From positions 15,955 through 79,954 of IMG/VR virus record IMGVR_UViG_3300034418_012737: a stretch of DNA of 64,000 bases. One strand, 5' to 3'. The position numbers were made by a program, and so were the translations under genes. The notes beneath the pieces are model-generated. The model was not told the DNA's origin and ran no database searches. It saw nothing but the letters and a program-made list of their open reading frames with translations. Source of the stretch: a virus. Numbering within the stretch: position 1 is the first letter of the stretch; each line of letters starts with the position of its first letter. This document shows positions 27,227-37,532 of this stretch, in pieces.

Positions 27227-27643
27227 TTACTTGTTTTTAAGTGCTTCTCGTTCTAATACTTCACTGAGCTCTTCCCAGTCGTTTTCAAAATCCATCATTG
27301 GGTGATTAGCTAAACACTCAAGTGTAGCACCCCCACTATGAGCGCATACTCTATACAACCAATCTTCACCCAACTCACCAAAATTTGATGGTGTTTCTAA
27401 GTAAACCATACCTGGAGCATCACCTTTAAGATGCACAATAAGTTGTGTTGCAAAGTCCTCAATACCATTAAACTGGGTACCCAACTTTGCTTCTGCTTTT
27501 AGTCCATTAACAAACTTACCACCTTCAAGGAACTCCTTAATGGTTACTCCCAAACAATCTGGGTTACCATCATAGTGGTGGTAAATACATGCTACTGGTT
27601 CGTCCATCATATTAGTGATGGCTATGCTTGCTCGTGTTGCCAT
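27227..27643 (-). CDS. Hypothetical phage protein (TR..I / YxHxDGxP family)
   Basis: MATRASI...IYHHYDGNP..LG. Confidence 0.6.
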   Translation of the reverse strand: MATRASIAITNMMDEPVACIYHHYDGNPDCLGVTIKEFLEGGKFVNGLKAEAKLGTQFNGIEDFATQLIVHLKGDAPGMVYLETPSNFGELGEDWLYRVCAHSGGATLECLANHPMMDFENDWEELSEVLEREALKNK

Positions 27644-27928
27644 AATTATTAAAACTTATTTAGATTACTGATTCTTAAACTTGCGGGCGGTATCCATCAT
27701 CCGCTTGTACTCCTCATAACTCTCATCTCCATAAAGCAACTCGTGGGTCCTCCGATCATAGTACTCAGGGTCGAAAAACTTAACAATTGCTCTATCAAGG
27801 CCATAATAAGTAACCACAAGAAAAATACCCATAAAAAACGAGGCAATTGTGCTTGCAATACAAACAATGGCAACCAATCCTGTAAATACATCAAAAATAG
27901 TCATGTGTTTCCTTTTTGCTTTACAATG

Positions 27929-27983
27929 TGAATATACGAAAGAGGATCCGAAGATCCTCATTTTCGTATGACTTTGAAATGAC
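27929..27983 (-). promoter_or_regulatory. Promoter cassette copy with UUCG hairpin in the spacer
   Basis: Minus strand GTCAT-N6-GTCAT..GAGGATC-TTCG-GATCCTC-TTTCGTATATTCA. Confidence 0.85.
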
Positions 27984-28319
27984 TTACTTAATTTTTCTGT
28001 AATAATAACGCTTAAGATTCAAAATCTCTGCTTTAAGATTTTCATCTACTACTTGCACTTGTTGCTTATAACTTTTAAAATCATTAATTGATTTAATATA
28101 ACGAGCATATCTGTAGACATAAACTTTATGAACGTCATCAATGAAGTCTTCTCGAACTTCATACATCATATCATTAAGTAGAGTAAACGACAAGTATGTC
28201 TTATGATTAGGATTCCAAACTATGAACGGCTTAGCTTCATCAAATTGCTCAACGTCGTAAGCGTAATAGCTAGCACTCATTCTGTACTCATCGAACTTTG
28301 AAACGTAATTAATACTCAT
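27984..28319 (-). CDS. Hypothetical protein
   Basis: Single ORF bracketed by two cassettes. Confidence 0.6.
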   Translation of the reverse strand: MSINYVSKFDEYRMSASYYAYDVEQFDEAKPFIVWNPNHKTYLSFTLLNDMMYEVREDFIDDVHKVYVYRYARYIKSINDFKSYKQQVQVVDENLKAEILNLKRYYYRKIK

Positions 28320-28340
28320 GTTGCTTTTTTTTCTTCGCGT

Positions 28341-28396
28341 TAAATATACGCTGTGAGATTAGCGATCTCACATTTTTCGTATGACTTTAATATGAC
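28341..28396 (-). promoter_or_regulatory. Promoter cassette copy with hairpin spacer
   Basis: TAAATATACG, TGTGAGAT/ATCTCACA inverted repeat, ATGAC at 28381 and 28392. Confidence 0.75.
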
Positions 28397-28594
28397 TTTA
28401 AAGCCAATTTACTTTATTTTTAGGTATCAATTTGTTACCTACTCTAGCGTAATTTTCTAGTTGACTTGTTTCTAAAGTTAATTGCTCACCTTCTGGTGTT
28501 TCTACTAACACGCCTGTACCTTCTTCTCCTAATAATTTTAACTCCCAGGTTGGATTTACGTACATGATAATTTGGTTTTACTGTAGTCATTCCT

Positions 28595-28945
28595 TTATTT
28601 CCATAGTATTTGAATTAATACAATTGCAATAGCTAAAATTAAAGTAACACCGGTTTTAAGTGTTATACCTTGGTTTAAATGTAACCAGGTAAGAAAAGCA
28701 AATGCTATCATACCCATTGCGAATCCTATTAGTCGTTGGGGCCACATTTCCCCGTCGAATGCCTCCACCAAATACTGTGTGGCATAAATATAGACAAAAG
28801 ATATAGGAACGCCCATTAAAGACATAACTAAGGGACGTTCCTTAATCCAATCACTAATAAATTGTCCGTTTATCTGGTACCAAACTAATGTTTGTCCTAA
28901 TAGGAATAATAAAGTTCCTTGTATTAACCTAGAAATATTTTGCAT
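28595..28945 (-). CDS. Four-TM membrane protein (SMR/EamA-like size)
   Basis: Four hydrophobic segments in 116 aa. Confidence 0.55.
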   Translation of the reverse strand: MQNISRLIQGTLLFLLGQTLVWYQINGQFISDWIKERPLVMSLMGVPISFVYIYATQYLVEAFDGEMWPQRLIGFAMGMIAFAFLTWLHLNQGITLKTGVTLILAIAIVLIQILWK

Positions 28946-29017
28946 AGTATTGTTATCAATATTCCTATAAGTCCTAAACTTACAAATTTAGCACTATCTG
29001 TGTATCGCCTACCCATT

Positions 29018-29290
29018 TTAAATAAGTTTTAACTGTTTAGCTCTACCATAACCCACCCATTTCTGATTTTCAGGGTTAAAGTATTTGCGTTGGGTTTTAG
29101 GTAATTTAGCGTTTTTTTCCTCGAAACTTTCTTGGATCACCGCCTCCTCTACATCAACCTTCCATGGCCCGTTAGCAAACTTATCTACATCATAGTACCA
29201 GGTAATCACGCTACCATCGGTATCTATAAACTCCCTAGTGTACTTAGTAAGTGGTTTAGGGTCTTCAATTGGAGGTCGTCCCCTATTCAT
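29018..29290 (-). CDS. Hypothetical protein
   Basis: RGRP N-terminus; WYYD..K..NGP. Confidence 0.55.
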   Translation of the reverse strand: MNRGRPPIEDPKPLTKYTREFIDTDGSVITWYYDVDKFANGPWKVDVEEAVIQESFEEKNAKLPKTQRKYFNPENQKWVGYGRAKQLKLI

Positions 29291-29916
29291 TCCCTACCTA
29301 CAATAAAGAGTTCAAAAAATATAGCAACTGCTATAACTCCTGCAATAATAATATATCCCATTATCCTTCGTAATTTTCAGCAAATTTTTTCCCAAGATCA
29401 GTTAGGCGATAAGTTAATTCACCATCCTCATTAATCCCAGCTATTTCAACAAATCCTTTTTCAATTAGTCCATATAGAGCATCACTTAGCTCATTAATAT
29501 CTTCAAACATCGTAATTAGCGTTAGGGTATAAATAATTTAAAATTTCATTCATTTTTTTATTAACTAATACATTACCCCCATCAACAGTATCAATAACTG
29601 TTTTTTCGGGGTCAATTGGACATTCACGTATTGATACGATCTTGTCACAATAAATAATTCCGGGCTTTTTATGAGGGCCCATCTCATCAAATTTGAGGTA
29701 AATTACCATTAATCAACGATTTTAATGTACTCACTAATACCCTCAGTCAGCGGGTAAAGATTACCTTTGGTGGGGTGAACCACCATTTCGGTCTTATCAA
29801 ACTGCTTAACCAGTCCACGCTTGTTAAACACAACGCTCAGAGCGTTAACAGGCACATAACAACGGCCGTAGGCCTTAAACGTTTCTCCCTTGCGGATCGT
29901 AACTTTCATCATGCCA

Positions 29917-29971
29917 TGAATATACGAAGGGAGGGTGGCATTGCCACTCTCTCACATGACGTCAAAATGAC
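29917..29971 (-). promoter_or_regulatory. Promoter cassette copy with hairpin spacer
   Basis: TGAATATACGAA-N27-ATGAC-N6-ATGAC; GTGGCA/TGCCAC inverted repeat. Confidence 0.8.
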
Positions 29972-29972
29972 T

Positions 29973-31241
29973 TTAACTAATATCCTCAGTTGTCCCTACT
30001 TGATAGTAGATTTTACCATTATATTCAAAAGAAGAAGCAGTAGTAAATTCCTCAGCATAAAATAATTCAATATTATCCAAATCCTCAAATTTAGGAGTGG
30101 ACCCATCCCACGCTCTTAAATCTAATTCCCTTGCTGCATTATCTATTCTACCTATATATGCCCTAGTTAAACTACCTGCAAATTCTATCCCTAATACTTT
30201 CCACACTCCATTTATTTGTACTAAAACCCATGATCCCGAATCCCCACCGGCAGAAGGTCTATCGCATTCAGGGTCTACTCTCTTTAAGGAGATTTGGTCT
30301 GTGAAAATACAATTTTGGTTTGTTGCAAAACTATCCCATCTTCTGTTCTGGCTTGTATAAGTCATCTCTATAGTAAGGCCTCCTGCTTCTACTGTTAATT
30401 CACAATACCCAGGGTATCTTGCCCCCAATCTACTTCCACACATTAATATAGGGTACGAAGAAGGATTTTCTATAACTTCATCAATTTCATCTGATGTAGC
30501 AAAAGGTGGGGGAGATGTTATGCCATCATAACCATACTGTTTCCAACTTTCATTTACATCTATTACACTTTGGGCTGAAGAGGTTATATAAAAAGTAGCT
30601 ACATCTACATAATTGTATACCTCTATTCCACCAGTACCAGCAGTATTTCCTTTTCTAAAAATAGGAACATAATTTCTAGTACCCCCTAATAAAGTTTTGG
30701 GATCAGCACTTCTAAGTGGGTTACTAGCCTCAATTTCTTCAAGTGTATTATACCTATGGGACTCAATTAAATCACTTGACATTTCTCCAGTGGAGTATAT
30801 TCTAAGAAGCCCTACGTGTGCATTTGTTACCCCTACTAAACACCCTGTATTTGCATCTACTGCAAAACCTCCTATAGTACCATAAGTTCCTTTACTACTT
30901 ACAAATTGTGCTGCTACTCCTCCTTTCATAGGACTACTGTAATCCGTAGGGGGGAAATTGGCCCCAGTATCTGTACAAGTAGCGCAATCGGACGTTGCTT
31001 CAATTACTCCTACTTCTACTACATCAGTTTTAAATACCTTGCCTTTTAAGTTAATAGTAGAGGGTAATATTTGATCACTTGATAGTGAACTAAGAGGAAG
31101 CTTTTTAGTAACTGTAAATATTATAGCTTTTTCTCCTGTAGGTTGTCCTTCTACTACTTTTTCCCCATATCCTACTCCCACTCCATCTGGGGTATTTTTA
31201 AATATATTAGGTAAATGGTGCTTTATATCTTTAAATTTCAT
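29973..31241 (-). CDS. Trypsin-like (S1/PA clan) serine protease with N-terminal prodomain
   Basis: Triad motifs TNAHV, VDVA and GGDSGS; prodomain GVGYGEK..G..TG...V.KK.P...TDVVEVG. Confidence 0.85.
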   Translation of the reverse strand: MKFKDIKHHLPNIFKNTPDGVGVGYGEKVVEGQPTGEKAIIFTVTKKLPLSSLSSDQILPSTINLKGKVFKTDVVEVGVIEATSDCATCTDTGANFPPTDYSSPMKGGVAAQFVSSKGTYGTIGGFAVDANTGCLVGVTNAHVGLLRIYSTGEMSSDLIESHRYNTLEEIEASNPLRSADPKTLLGGTRNYVPIFRKGNTAGTGGIEVYNYVDVATFYITSSAQSVIDVNESWKQYGYDGITSPPPFATSDEIDEVIENPSSYPILMCGSRLGARYPGYCELTVEAGGLTIEMTYTSQNRRWDSFATNQNCIFTDQISLKRVDPECDRPSAGGDSGSWVLVQINGVWKVLGIEFAGSLTRAYIGRIDNAARELDLRAWDGSTPKFEDLDNIELFYAEEFTTASSFEYNGKIYYQVGTTEDIS

Positions 31242-31549
31242 GTTGATGCAGGGAAATGGGCAAATAATGTTTTGGATCCTGAGAAATTAGTAAAAGATCC
31301 CTCAGGGGGAGAAGAGAGACGAGCATTATAATATATAGTAGGGTTATAAGGATCAGTAGATGGTGAAGGACCCCCAGAAGCCGCTGAGGAGGCTACAGCA
31401 AAGTTATTTAAAGTAGTAGTAATAAATGTTTCGTAGTTTAACTTCTCAGTAAGATATTTTTTCTTTACTTCAGATATAGGCAAATTTTTATTATCATGCC
31501 TTTTTAAAAAACTTGCCCAATCTCCAGGGGATTCACATGGTATTATCAT
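31238..31549 (-). CDS. Paralog of the putative fibre adaptor 14298..14615
   Basis: PGxWxxFLxRxDxKNLPIxE...YLxExL..E shared. Confidence 0.6.
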   Translation of the reverse strand: MIIPCESPGDWASFLKRHDNKNLPISEVKKKYLTEKLNYETFITTTLNNFAVASSAASGGPSPSTDPYNPTIYYNARLSSPPEGSFTNFSGSKTLFAHFPAST

Positions 31550-31564
31550 GTAAATAAATACAAT

Positions 31565-31601
31565 AAAAAAGGTAGAGACCCAAAAAAAGCCTCTACCTTT
31601 T
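31565..31601 (-). terminator. Rho-independent terminator
   Basis: AAAAGGTAGAG/CTCTACCTTTT inverted repeat with T-run. Confidence 0.7.
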
Positions 31602-31625
31602 GTAAAGTGATGGGAACCCCCTCGT

Positions 31626-33149
31626 TTATTTATTTCTTACTTCTTTATCCATAAAGTCCTGTCTTAGGTCTTCTAAAGAGGAAAGTAGCTCATCTGACAT
31701 TTCATCAGCGTGCATATCAATTATTTTGTCTAAAACTGTAGTATTAATTACTTCGTCTAGTACTTTATCGTTTTCCTCTAACTCAATCATTTCTCTCATT
31801 TTAATACCTTCTTTTTCGAAGTATTTTGCAATAGCGTCCTTATACTGCCCACGTAAATTTCTAGGTATTTTAAAATCAAAGTCTGCACCAAAATCCCCCA
31901 TGCTTTTCCCGTTACGACCTTGTACACTAAATGATGGTTCAAATTGTTTAAATGGAGAACCTGTAGTAAGCACTCCAAGAACACGGAAAAACTCTTTAAA
32001 ATCTTTACCCATATCCTTGGCATCGTTTGCCTCTTTCTGGGAAACATAAAGGGTAATGGAATGAAGAGGACCATCCTCAGGGGCTTCCTTCATTGGGTAA
32101 AAAGTTGTGGTTACTGCTCCGACTAGATCCTTAGGTACGTCGAACCCTTCACTTTTTCCTGATTTTTTGGCTGTTTTTACCGCTTTATTTAATGCTTTAT
32201 ATATAGGACTTTTCTTGAAAGTTTCAAGACCGGGGGCGTAATTAGGATCACTTCCGAAGTTCATTTCACGCCAATCAACGGGTGAACCAAACCCAAATAT
32301 CTCATTAGTGGGTTCTTTATCGTTTTCCTTTAGCATATCTTCATACCCCATTATTTGCATAGCTGGTACAAAAGCATCATCAAATGCTACTTTATCATCC
32401 TCTTCCATAGCGTCTGTCATTTGTATGAAAAGAGGCTTAAGTTGCTCCTTCTTACCAGGAAATCTATATAATCTAGGGGCAATAAATTGGAATCTTGACT
32501 CGAGATCATTCCCGAAATCTTGGGGGTCCCCACCAAAATCCTCTTCACCACCATCATCCCTAAACTCTCTCATCATATCTCTACCTACTACTTCAGGATC
32601 ATCAGATACATTTTGGAACATACTTCTTCTTTCTGATCTGTCTCTATCATTTAAATAGGCTTCAATTTCACCTGCTAATTGGGGGTGTGATTTAGCAAAT
32701 ACATCTTTATAAGCATCTACTACTCTTGATTGAGCGTATGGAATATCATCTGTATCCCTAGTGGCTTCTTCAAAGTCCTCTTTAAACGAATCCATAATAG
32801 CTCTAAGGTCCCAACCTGGTTTATCGAATTTGTCTTCCTCTAAGCTATCAAAGTAATCAGCAGCAGCATCTAAATCTTCAGGGGAAATTTCTTCAGCTTC
32901 GGGGTTGATAAGGGATTTTTCCTCCATTATTTTTCCTCCTTTCCTAATAATAGCGCGGGCATTAGATAAATCAACTCCATCAATATCATCGCTTCCCTCT
33001 TCTCTAAATTTTCTATGTAGATAATGGGTTTCTTGTCCTGTCTTACCTAAAATATTAACAGCGGCATTAATAATTTCCCTATCTGTTTCTTTGTTACCTG
33101 AGGCTTCTTCAATTATGTATTGCCTCCATTTATTCCAGCTAAAGCTCAT
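31626..33149 (-). CDS. Acidic putative internal head protein or polyprotein (start corrected to MSFSWNKW)
   Basis: WRQYIIEE leader, multiple [LIM]xE sites, ATATTTAT motif upstream. Confidence 0.55.
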   Translation of the reverse strand: MSFSWNKWRQYIIEEASGNKETDREIINAAVNILGKTGQETHYLHRKFREEGSDDIDGVDLSNARAIIRKGGKIMEEKSLINPEAEEISPEDLDAAADYFDSLEEDKFDKPGWDLRAIMDSFKEDFEEATRDTDDIPYAQSRVVDAYKDVFAKSHPQLAGEIEAYLNDRDRSERRSMFQNVSDDPEVVGRDMMREFRDDGGEEDFGGDPQDFGNDLESRFQFIAPRLYRFPGKKEQLKPLFIQMTDAMEEDDKVAFDDAFVPAMQIMGYEDMLKENDKEPTNEIFGFGSPVDWREMNFGSDPNYAPGLETFKKSPIYKALNKAVKTAKKSGKSEGFDVPKDLVGAVTTTFYPMKEAPEDGPLHSITLYVSQKEANDAKDMGKDFKEFFRVLGVLTTGSPFKQFEPSFSVQGRNGKSMGDFGADFDFKIPRNLRGQYKDAIAKYFEKEGIKMREMIELEENDKVLDEVINTTVLDKIIDMHADEMSDELLSSLEDLRQDFMDKEVRNK

Positions 33150-33171
33150 GTTATTTTTATTATAAATATTA

Positions 33172-33738
33172 TTAAATATTTCCAATCATTGTTTTTAAAA
33201 CTTCTTTCCCTCCAATCTTACGTGAGTACCACCCGTTGCCAGGTTTTTTATTTTGGGGGTGGGCTCCATACCAAGTAATATCTTTACCGCCTAATATTGC
33301 CCTTACTTTCTCCTCATCATCAATTACAGGTACCCCACCTCTCTCGTGAAATACTCTATAAGCATCACCACTTACCTCAACATAGTTACCAGGAGATTTT
33401 AACTCACTAGTTTTTCTAGTTAAAACGTGCTTAATATGAGGTTTCTTACCATCGTGACCCATTCCAGTGTGCTTAACACCAAAAGATGTATTCTTACCAA
33501 AGTAAGTAACATCTAACTCAGGATCATCATCAATATCAGCAGCCATCCAAAAACTTATATCAGGAGCCATAACATCTTCAGGGGAATTAATATTTAAATG
33601 TCCCCCAATTGGAGCATAAGCGGTTTGTACTAAATCAAATAGCTCTCCTTTTGCCTGTTCAAGCTCCTCCCCACTTAAAGGAACATACTCTCCTTTAGGG
33701 TAGTCTCTCTCCAGGAGTAAATCTATTAGCTTAATCAT
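33172..33738 (-). CDS. Hypothetical protein with capsid-targeting-like leader
   Basis: MIKLIDLLLE; DLVQTAYAPIGG and GMGHDG. Confidence 0.6.
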   Translation of the reverse strand: MIKLIDLLLERDYPKGEYVPLSGEELEQAKGELFDLVQTAYAPIGGHLNINSPEDVMAPDISFWMAADIDDDPELDVTYFGKNTSFGVKHTGMGHDGKKPHIKHVLTRKTSELKSPGNYVEVSGDAYRVFHERGGVPVIDDEEKVRAILGGKDITWYGAHPQNKKPGNGWYSRKIGGKEVLKTMIGNI

Positions 33739-33749
33739 GCTAATAAATA

Positions 33750-34232
33750 TCAGTCCTCCACGAAACGTTCCATAATATCAACAAAAACATCAAGTGGGGT
33801 TCTGTGTCCCATTTTCTCAACAGGAATCACACTCAAACCATCGTAAAAGGCATCAGAAGCAACCATGTTATACGTTTCTGTAGGGTTGATAACATCATCC
33901 TCCAACCCAAGCACTACATGACCATTAACACTAAATTCACCATTCGTAACACCATAAGGTTCAAAACTACGAGAATGAACAGCTGGATTAAACAACATAA
34001 CTTCAGTGTCCTCAAAGTGAGTTGCCAACTGGTGGGCAAAATATCCACCCATACTAGAGCCAATAATCAAATCAAACTCCTCAGCAGCACACAAGTCAAT
34101 CATTTCCTCAAACAACTCATTGTTATCATAATCCATAGCAGGAGCATAACACATAAAACGATCGTTGAGGTACTTAACCTTAGAACCTCCGGGCTTGCTT
34201 TCCAAGCCATGCAAATATAATACTCTTTTCAT
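33750..34232 (-). CDS. YqiA/YcfP-like alpha/beta hydrolase (esterase)
   Basis: YLHGLES, GSSMGG nucleophile elbow, FNPA, DDVI and GH. Confidence 0.85.
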   Translation of the reverse strand: MKRVLYLHGLESKPGGSKVKYLNDRFMCYAPAMDYDNNELFEEMIDLCAAEEFDLIIGSSMGGYFAHQLATHFEDTEVMLFNPAVHSRSFEPYGVTNGEFSVNGHVVLGLEDDVINPTETYNMVASDAFYDGLSVIPVEKMGHRTPLDVFVDIMERFVED

Positions 34233-34920
34233 TTTTTAACTTTCTCCAGTAACCCACTGGTAAATTAGTGACACACAAATAAATAGAAAAAGATACATCA
34301 TCAGTTCAAAACACTTAAAATTTCCTCCTTTGATTGAACGAACGCCTCCGTAGGCATCAAACCAATCAACTCATCACCCTCAAGCAATCCGTATATTTCA
34401 CGTTCACTCTCACTCATTTCACTTAACTCACGTAACTCACGGAGCATTTCCACAGCTTGGTCAATATCAATCTCACAAACCAAATTAAACATTAACTTAT
34501 CCATTAGAACGGCAGGTTTTCGGTTTCAACTTCAGTTTCTTTTTCCTTCATGTTCTCAGGTACCCACTCATCCACATAGGTAACCTTCACACACTTCAAA
34601 TCCTCAAAATAGAGCGTTTTGGTAATCTTGGTACCAAAGAAATACGTTGTGGCAACCATTCCTTTACCATTCCTCATCAACTCAACATTTGCAACATACT
34701 GGTTCCAATCACTCAGAATACAATTTCCATACTTGCGAGTGTTCAAAATCAACGTGAACTTCTCATTATCCAAACCTCCACCACGTGGACGCTCAAACTG
34801 GATATGTGCTTCTTGAGGGTTACCTGCTTCCAACTGTTGGGCAAGACGTTCTTGGGCGTTTTTAACTGCTTGATCCATGTTCATTTGTTTTTTGGGTTTT
34901 TTCTCGCTGTTTCTCAACAC

Positions 34921-34977
34921 CCGAAATATACGAAATCCGGTTGCGGACCCCAAATCTGCAGATGACGTCAATATGAC
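34921..34977 (-). promoter_or_regulatory. Promoter cassette copy
   Basis: GAAATATACGAA-N27-ATGAC-N6-ATGAC. Confidence 0.85.
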
Positions 34978-35372
34978 TCAACCTCTCCCAAATAACTCCT
35001 TAATGAAGTGATACACTACAACCAGTACCATAATGGGCCAAAACACCCACAATACCAAACGTTCCCAGAAGTTAAAATTTAGGTCCATATATTTACCGAA
35101 GTGCTCCATTAGGAACCCAAAGCAAACACCAATTAATATGTATTCTAGTACGCCCATTGTATATACGGATTAGGGGAGGGGGGTGGGTAATTAAAAGCTT
35201 GCTTAATTAATACTCGTAGGAATCATCTCCATATTCATCCCAATTATCGTTTAGTTGACGTTCGGAGACAATATCAACAAAATCATCAAACTCATCACCA
35301 TACGAGTCATCGATCATATCGGGGTTAATACCTTCCTTACGGAGTTGTTCACGCAGTGCGTCTTCTTTTGGA

Positions 35373-35705
35373 TCAAAGTGCATTTCCTTTTCTTTTTTTA
35401 AATTCACGGGGGTCAATATCATCAACAAAGGCTAATTTTCCAACTTCTACATTTGACGAATTTATGACTTTATTCGTTCCATACATATAAACAGGTCCAT
35501 CGTAATCTTTGTATGTGCTTGTAACATTTTCGTTGTCCTTAATATCACCTTCCAAATGTAGGATTCTACGCTTGCCTACAAAACTTCTAAACTCATTTGG
35601 GGTAACTCGGTGCCACCTATCTAAACCCGGTGAGAACACCTCACAACACAGCTGTTCGGGGAATGGAAACTTAAGTTTTACAGTGTTACCTTTTTTCTCA
35701 GACAT
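35373..35705 (-). CDS. Hypothetical protein
   Basis: WHRVTPNEFRSF.G.RR, YDGPVY. Confidence 0.6.
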   Translation of the reverse strand: MSEKKGNTVKLKFPFPEQLCCEVFSPGLDRWHRVTPNEFRSFVGKRRILHLEGDIKDNENVTSTYKDYDGPVYMYGTNKVINSSNVEVGKLAFVDDIDPREFKKRKGNAL

Positions 35706-36169
35706 TCAATTGTTTCTTTTGCGGATGTGTGTAATATACCAATTCCTCCTTTGGATTCCCACTGTTCAATGTTATCTTTTCTATCATCAATCAAGATATG
35801 GGAAGGAGCAGCATACTTTTGCTTGTTATGGGAATAAGCCAAGTTAAGTTTAACTCCCAACTTATGATTTCTAACCCACAAACGCTTACCTAAACGTGAG
35901 TGTTCTGCTCGGGAAGGGGAAGAAAGCAACTCAACATAGAAGTTTTCAGTAATAAACTTAAATAGTTCCTTACCATCTTCCATCCAATCCATTCCTACCC
36001 AAAAACCTACACCTCTAGCATCAATAAGTTCCCAAAACTCATCTTTACCATTTTTTTCAGTAAACTTTTTGGGACCCCAAGGATGAATTTCGCTAAACTG
36101 CTTATCAAAGTCAGTAAGCACTCCATCCATGTCACAATAAATCCTCGGCCGAAACTCTTTCGATACCAT
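35678..36169 (-). CDS. HAD-family 5'(3')-deoxyribonucleotidase-like (start likely MVSKEF)
   Basis: IYCDMDGVLTDF, ILIDDR..N...W...GG.GI. Confidence 0.85.
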   Translation of the reverse strand: MVSKEFRPRIYCDMDGVLTDFDKQFSEIHPWGPKKFTEKNGKDEFWELIDARGVGFWVGMDWMEDGKELFKFITENFYVELLSSPSRAEHSRLGKRLWVRNHKLGVKLNLAYSHNKQKYAAPSHILIDDRKDNIEQWESKGGIGILHTSAKETIECLRKKVTL

Positions 36170-36870
36170 AAGTGCTTCCTCTTCGGATAGCTCCAAACTG
36201 TTCATTGTTGTAAATTGGTTTTGCTTCATTTATATCTTCACTAAAATATGGGTACCCTCTCCTCAACCCAGCAAACACCCTTGCATACTCATCTATTACG
36301 TAAAAGGGGCGTTTGCGTTCTTCTGCTATTTTAAGGTCGATCTCGTTCTCCCGGCGCCTCAGGTCGATGTACATAATTCTGGGATTTACGTTGGATTTCT
36401 TCTGCTATGAACCTTATTTGGAGGAGGTGGTTATATACTTCCTCTGGGATATCTTGGTAATGTCTAGCGTCTAGCTCATTAAGGTGGTTCAAGATATATT
36501 GCGCCTCCTTATAGATTTTATTCGTCTCCATCGAGCATCAGATTATTGTTTTCCAAAAAATACCAGAAACGTTCGAGCCATAGGGCAATTCGTACGTCAT
36601 CAATGGTGTCGTCAAATTTAGCACCTTCAGCACGAGCATCTGCTACTTTCATAATACCAAAGTCAGCTAGGTCACGTGCTTTGTCTTCATCACCACGTGC
36701 TAGCGCTTCACGTGCATTTGCGTAACAATCAGAGACTGTCATTTTCATTTTTATGTTTTGTTTTACGGGTATACTTACTTTTGTCAGTATGTACCTTATT
36801 AGAGGGTTGGCGGAAATATTTACCCTCAGGTACACTAGCGTTTATGTTTTTCCGCTTTTTCATCATGGGT

Positions 36871-36920
36871 AAAGATACGAAAGTTCCCGGCAAAAACCAC
36901 ATTTTCATATGACTTTAATA
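36871..36920 (-). promoter_or_regulatory. Promoter cassette copy (second box degenerate)
   Basis: AAAGATACGAA-N27-ATGAC. Confidence 0.7.
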
Positions 36921-37532
36921 TTACCAAGAATTGATAGCAGTTTTATATTTAATATCCTTAATAGTGGAAAGTTTCATATTGCTATATTCTAAAGCCCACT
37001 TAAAAAATATTTCACAAAACCATGAGGGGTCTATACCTGGGGGATTTCCGTTTTGGTAAAAGTGGAGATTTTTTTCTATACTACTTAAATAATCCTCAAT
37101 TTTAAAAGAAAAACAATTAGTAGCAAGCCCATTACTAGGTCCCCAACCATAAACTATAGGTTTACCTTCTTTTCCTTTTTCCATTAAATTGTTAAAGTCT
37201 TTTTCCTCAAATACTACATCATAATTTAAATGATGGATATAATCAAACCCCAAAGATTGACATAACTTAAAACCCTTGCCAATTTGGTGGAGGTGGGCAT
37301 AGCCATAATCTGGGGTACTTTTTCCATTAAAATATATTACTCTATTTGTTTTGGGGTTTTCCTTTATGTATAAAGTATAATCTACTTGAGATTGAATTTC
37401 AGTAGGCAGAGGAAAATTACCCACAAATACTATAGGTAATCCTTTATCTTGTAAAAAAGCTAAAAGATCAAGAGCTACTTTTATCTTATTTGGTGTGTTT
37501 AAATGAGAAGTAATTAATATACAAGTGTTCAT
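36921..37532 (-). CDS. Glycosyltransferase-like protein
   Basis: CILITSH N-terminal strand and HLNYD motif; AT-rich; paired with the next gene. Confidence 0.45.
   Translation of the reverse strand: MNTCILITSHLNTPNKIKVALDLLAFLQDKGLPIVFVGNFPLPTEIQSQVDYTLYIKENPKTNRVIYFNGKSTPDYGYAHLHQIGKGFKLCQSLGFDYIHHLNYDVVFEEKDFNNLMEKGKEGKPIVYGWGPSNGLATNCFSFKIEDYLSSIEKNLHFYQNGNPPGIDPSWFCEIFFKWALEYSNMKLSTIKDIKYKTAINSW

Noticed and set aside
34504-34971. N-terminal extensions of ORFs 34504-34971, 27665-27961 and 26016-26300
   Set aside because: The listed starts run into promoter cassettes or leaders; true starts are probably downstream ATGs, so these ORFs were not given firm coordinates
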